Below, in pieces: positions 28,801 to 32,000 of a stretch of DNA of 32,000 nt (position 1 is the stretch's first letter; the number at the start of each line of letters is the position of its first letter). The notes under the pieces were generated by a model, which saw only the letters and a program-made list of their open reading frames with translations, ran no database searches and was not told the DNA's origin. The DNA is taken from contig CAVOPP010000011.1 of the NCBI GenBank assembly GCA_963698135.1, positions 198,954 to 230,953 on the forward strand, in the 5' to 3' direction. The position numbers and the translations under genes are program-made. This stretch comes from an uncultured Methanobacteriaceae archaeon. GTDB lineage: Archaea; Methanobacteriota; Methanobacteria; Methanobacteriales; Methanobacteriaceae.

Positions 28801-30042
28801 TTAAATTAAAAGAATTGCTATTAAACCGGCTGCTATAATAATGGCAAATAAGGCCCCTACATTTTTTCCAAAATTTCGGGTTCCTAAAAATAAGGCAATT
28901 CCAAATTTAACTATAGTATTAGAAATACTGGCCAGAGTAATAGCAGTAACTGCGGTAATAGAAGATATAGTACCATTTTGTGCCAGTAAAGCCATGCTAA
29001 TGGTTATTGCATCCACATCAGCCACCCCAGAAATTATACTGGCTATGTAAACCCCTCTGCTTCCAAAATAAATGTAAGCAATATTACTGATAAAGATAAT
29101 GGCCACAAACAATGCTCCAAATATCAAAGCAGGTTTTAAAGAGAAGGGGTTTTCCAGCTTTACTCCAGAATCCATTTTTTTAATCCGGGAACTGCGCCAT
29201 ACTATTACCCCTAGAAAAATCCCTAAAACTCCCATAATTATCATGGGGGCAGCAAGAAGAGGAATCAAAGATGAATTCACCACCAGAACCTCGAAAAATA
29301 CTCTTAAAAACATCATGGAACTGGCCACCACAGCCGCGAAAACTGCGGCCTTCATCAATAATTCTGATTCCCTTACCCGGGCAGCCATAGCAGTTACCAC
29401 AGCTGTACTGGATACTAAACCCCCCAGCACACCAGTCAATCCTAGACCACGTTCTGGACCTACAAAACGCATTAAGATGTAACCCGCATAACTAATTCCA
29501 GAAATAAATACCACCATGAGCCATACCTGGTAAGGGTTGAATACTTGCCAGGGCCCCATGGCTTCATTTGGTAAAAGAGGTAAAATTACAAAGGCGATGA
29601 TTAAAAACTTTAAAGTACTGTTCATCTCTTTTTGACTAATTTTCTGGGCCAAAGTGTGTAGAAATGGCTTTGCAGCCAGAAGGGCAGTTATTATTATGGC
29701 CAGTATAGGAGCAATTTTATATCCATCGTCCCAGTAGCACATCAAACCCAGCGAAAAAGTCAAAAGAGCCGCCACTTCAGTGGTTAGACCCACATCACCG
29801 TCATCTCGGGTACTGACCCAGTAACTCAGACCTACCAAAATTGCCAGACCCAAAAAAGCTATTAAAAAGAAATAGGGAAATGGTTGAGATAAATATCCAG
29901 ATAATACCCCCAATAGGGCTATAAAAATAAATGTTCTTATGCCTGCAAAATCAGTTTCCTTACTTTTTCTTTCCCGTTCCAGTCCTACCAGTGCTCCAAT
30001 GGCCAGGGCAATCACAAACTTGAGAATCAGTAAAGTATCCAT
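28801..30042 (-). CDS. MgtC/SapB family, DUF4010-containing membrane protein
   Basis: ALAIGALVGLERERKSKETDFAGIRTFIFIALLGVLSGYL and SGVADVDAITISMA. Confidence 0.88.
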   Translation of the reverse strand: MDTLLILKFVIALAIGALVGLERERKSKETDFAGIRTFIFIALLGVLSGYLSQPFPYFFLIAFLGLAILVGLSYWVSTRDDGDVGLTTEVAALLTFSLGLMCYWDDGYKIAPILAIIITALLAAKPFLHTLAQKISQKEMNSTLKFLIIAFVILPLLPNEAMGPWQVFNPYQVWLMVVFISGISYAGYILMRFVGPERGLGLTGVLGGLVSSTAVVTAMAARVRESELLMKAAVFAAVVASSMMFLRVFFEVLVVNSSLIPLLAAPMIIMGVLGIFLGVIVWRSSRIKKMDSGVKLENPFSLKPALIFGALFVAIIFISNIAYIYFGSRGVYIASIISGVADVDAITISMALLAQNGTISSITAVTAITLASISNTIVKFGIALFLGTRNFGKNVGALFAIIIAAGLIAILLI

Positions 30043-30160
30043 ATTTAATTTATATAAGTTTCAAACATAAAATAATATTCACCTAACAATTTTACTGCTA
30101 ATTTTAGGAATTATAAATATTATTATTAGAAAATTAAAAAATAAAAATTATGGTGGTTTT

Positions 30161-31816
30161 ATGAGAAGTGATAATATAAAAAAAGGAATTCAGAGAGCAC
30201 CTCACCGGTCCCTTCTCCGGGCCTGTGGAGTAACCGATGATGACTTTGCTAAACCATTTATAGGCATTGCCAACAGCTACACCGACATTGTTCCCGGCCA
30301 CATACACCTGCGGGAATTAGCAGAAACGGTTAAAGTCGGAATAGGCCAGGCCGGAGGAGTGCCATTTGAATTTAATACCATGGCCATTTGTGATGGAATT
30401 GCCATGAATCACGACGGAATGCGTTATTCCCTGGCATCACGGGAAATAATCGCCGATACCGTGGAAAGTATGGCTCAGGCACACAGCCTGGATGGGCTGG
30501 TCTTGATGCCCACCTGTGATAAAGTAGTCCCTGGGATGCTCATGGCCGCAGCCCGCCTTGACATACCAGCCATTGTGGTTACCGGAGGGCCCATGATGCC
30601 TGGAAAATTCCAGGGCAAAGCAGTTGACCTCATAAACGTCTATGAAGGTGTAGGGGCCGTTAATTCTGGTAAAATGACTGAAGAAGAACTTGATGAACTG
30701 GAAAGATGTGCCTGCCCAGGAGCAGGATCCTGTGCGGGTTTATTCACCGCCAACACCATGGCCTGTTTAACTGAAGCTCTGGGAATGAGTTTACCTGGCT
30801 GTGCCACCGCCCATGCTGTCGATTCTAAAAAAATGCGCATAGCAAGATTATCTGGTGCCCGCATAGTTGAAATGGTCAACGAACAACTCTTACCTTCCCA
30901 AATAATGACTCAGAATGCATTTGAAACTGCCGTGGCGGTTGATCTGGCCTTAGGTGGTTCCAGTAACACAGCCCTGCATATTCCCGCCATTGCCAGTGAA
31001 CTGGAAGATCAAGGCGTAAAGGTCGATCTGGATCTTTTTGATAGGATGAGTAAAGAAATCCCTCACATAGCCTCCATATCTCCTGCAGGAGAACACATGA
31101 TGCTGGATCTGGACCGTGCCGGTGGAATTCCAGCAGTTTTAAAGACTCTGGAAAGTAGGATAAACACCCAGAACCCTACCTGTACCGGCTTAACCATTGA
31201 AGAAAATTTAATAGGGATTGAAGTCAAGGATGAGGGAGTTATACGTCCTCTGGACAAACCCGTGCACAGTGAAGGCGGAATAGCCGTATTAAAGGGCAAT
31301 TTGGCACCGAATGGTTCAGTTATTAAACAAGGGGCGGTGGCAGAAGACATGATGGCCCACCAGGGACCAGCCAAAGTATTTGATAGCGAAGATGACTGTG
31401 TGGAAGCCATATTCAACCATCAAATTAACGAAGGAGATGTAATCGTTATCCGCTATGAAGGACCAAAAGGCGGTCCTGGAATGAGAGAAATGCTCAACCC
31501 CACCTCAGCCATAGTAGGTATGGGAATTAAATCTGTGGCCCTTATAACTGACGGTAGGTTTTCAGGAGGAACCAGAGGCCCTTGTATTGGTCACGTGTCA
31601 CCAGAAGCCATGGCAAATGGACCTATTGCTGCCGTTCGTGATGGAGATATGATAAAAATAGATATTCCTCAGCGCATTCTGGAGATAGAACTATCTGATG
31701 CAGAAATTCAAGAGCGTATCTCCTCTGCCATTAAGCCCCAACGGAAACTCAAGGGATGGCTGGCCCGATATCAGAAACTGGCCAGTTCAGCCGACAAGGG
31801 TGGAATTTTAAGGTAA
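30161..31816 (+). CDS. ilvD: Dihydroxy-acid dehydratase
   Basis: [79 protein letters not shown] and [21 protein letters not shown]. Confidence 0.97.
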   Translation: MRSDNIKKGIQRAPHRSLLRACGVTDDDFAKPFIGIANSYTDIVPGHIHLRELAETVKVGIGQAGGVPFEFNTMAICDGIAMNHDGMRYSLASREIIADTVESMAQAHSLDGLVLMPTCDKVVPGMLMAAARLDIPAIVVTGGPMMPGKFQGKAVDLINVYEGVGAVNSGKMTEEELDELERCACPGAGSCAGLFTANTMACLTEALGMSLPGCATAHAVDSKKMRIARLSGARIVEMVNEQLLPSQIMTQNAFETAVAVDLALGGSSNTALHIPAIASELEDQGVKVDLDLFDRMSKEIPHIASISPAGEHMMLDLDRAGGIPAVLKTLESRINTQNPTCTGLTIEENLIGIEVKDEGVIRPLDKPVHSEGGIAVLKGNLAPNGSVIKQGAVAEDMMAHQGPAKVFDSEDDCVEAIFNHQINEGDVIVIRYEGPKGGPGMREMLNPTSAIVGMGIKSVALITDGRFSGGTRGPCIGHVSPEAMANGPIAAVRDGDMIKIDIPQRILEIELSDAEIQERISSAIKPQRKLKGWLARYQKLASSADKGGILR

Positions 31817-32000
31817 ATAGGCAATTTAAGTAGATCATATTAAATCTAATATAGTTCCAATGATTTGTGCATAACTATAATAACAATTTGGATTCAATTG
31901 ATAACAGAATAAAATTATTAACTTCATTTGAATCAAATTTTAGATTTAAAATGATGTATTGCACTTAAAATATTTAAAAACAATTTAGGCGAATAAATCA

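Noticed and set aside
1-32000. Search for rRNA, tRNA, CRISPR arrays, transposases, integrases or phage genes
   Set aside because: None recognised by reading; a tRNAscan or Rfam run would be needed to exclude small RNAs fully.

Overview
The window looks like a methanogen chromosome segment, most likely Methanobacterium/Methanobacteriales; this rests on mtd, a cfbB-like gene, archaeal thrS, adhesin-like surface proteins and GGTGAT-type ribosome binding sites. Most of it is ordinary housekeeping sequence: HUMPS/Hps C-terminus, flavodoxin-like reductase, ferredoxin-hisB, TMEM175-like, HD protein, mtd, cfbB, thrS, TrmB regulator, rubredoxin-hcp, cupin, DUF4010/MgtC-like and ilvD. The parts most worth a second look are: (1) a ParA/Soj ATPase followed by a short protein that keeps the ParB N-terminal signature (GLGMGLDALI) but has no ParB DNA-binding or CTPase core, with the pair flanked on both sides by TTATAAGTTATAA-type repeats; (2) three separate genes for secreted proteins that have a strong GGAGG ribosome binding site followed by in-frame ATT/ATA codons where ATG is expected; (3) a local cluster of four frameshifts over a flippase gene and a ModE-like regulator gene, either young decay or a local sequence error; (4) an M6-family metalloprotease with four 81-aa repeats, sharing a C-terminal module with the neighbouring adhesin-like protein; (5) a secreted Lys/Tyr-repeat protein with a Cys-rich tail; (6) a block of envelope-type genes (C39-like, MurG-like, Wzy-like). 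I see no convincing CRISPR array, prophage, transposon, rRNA or tRNA. All family assignments come from reading the translations; no database search was run.
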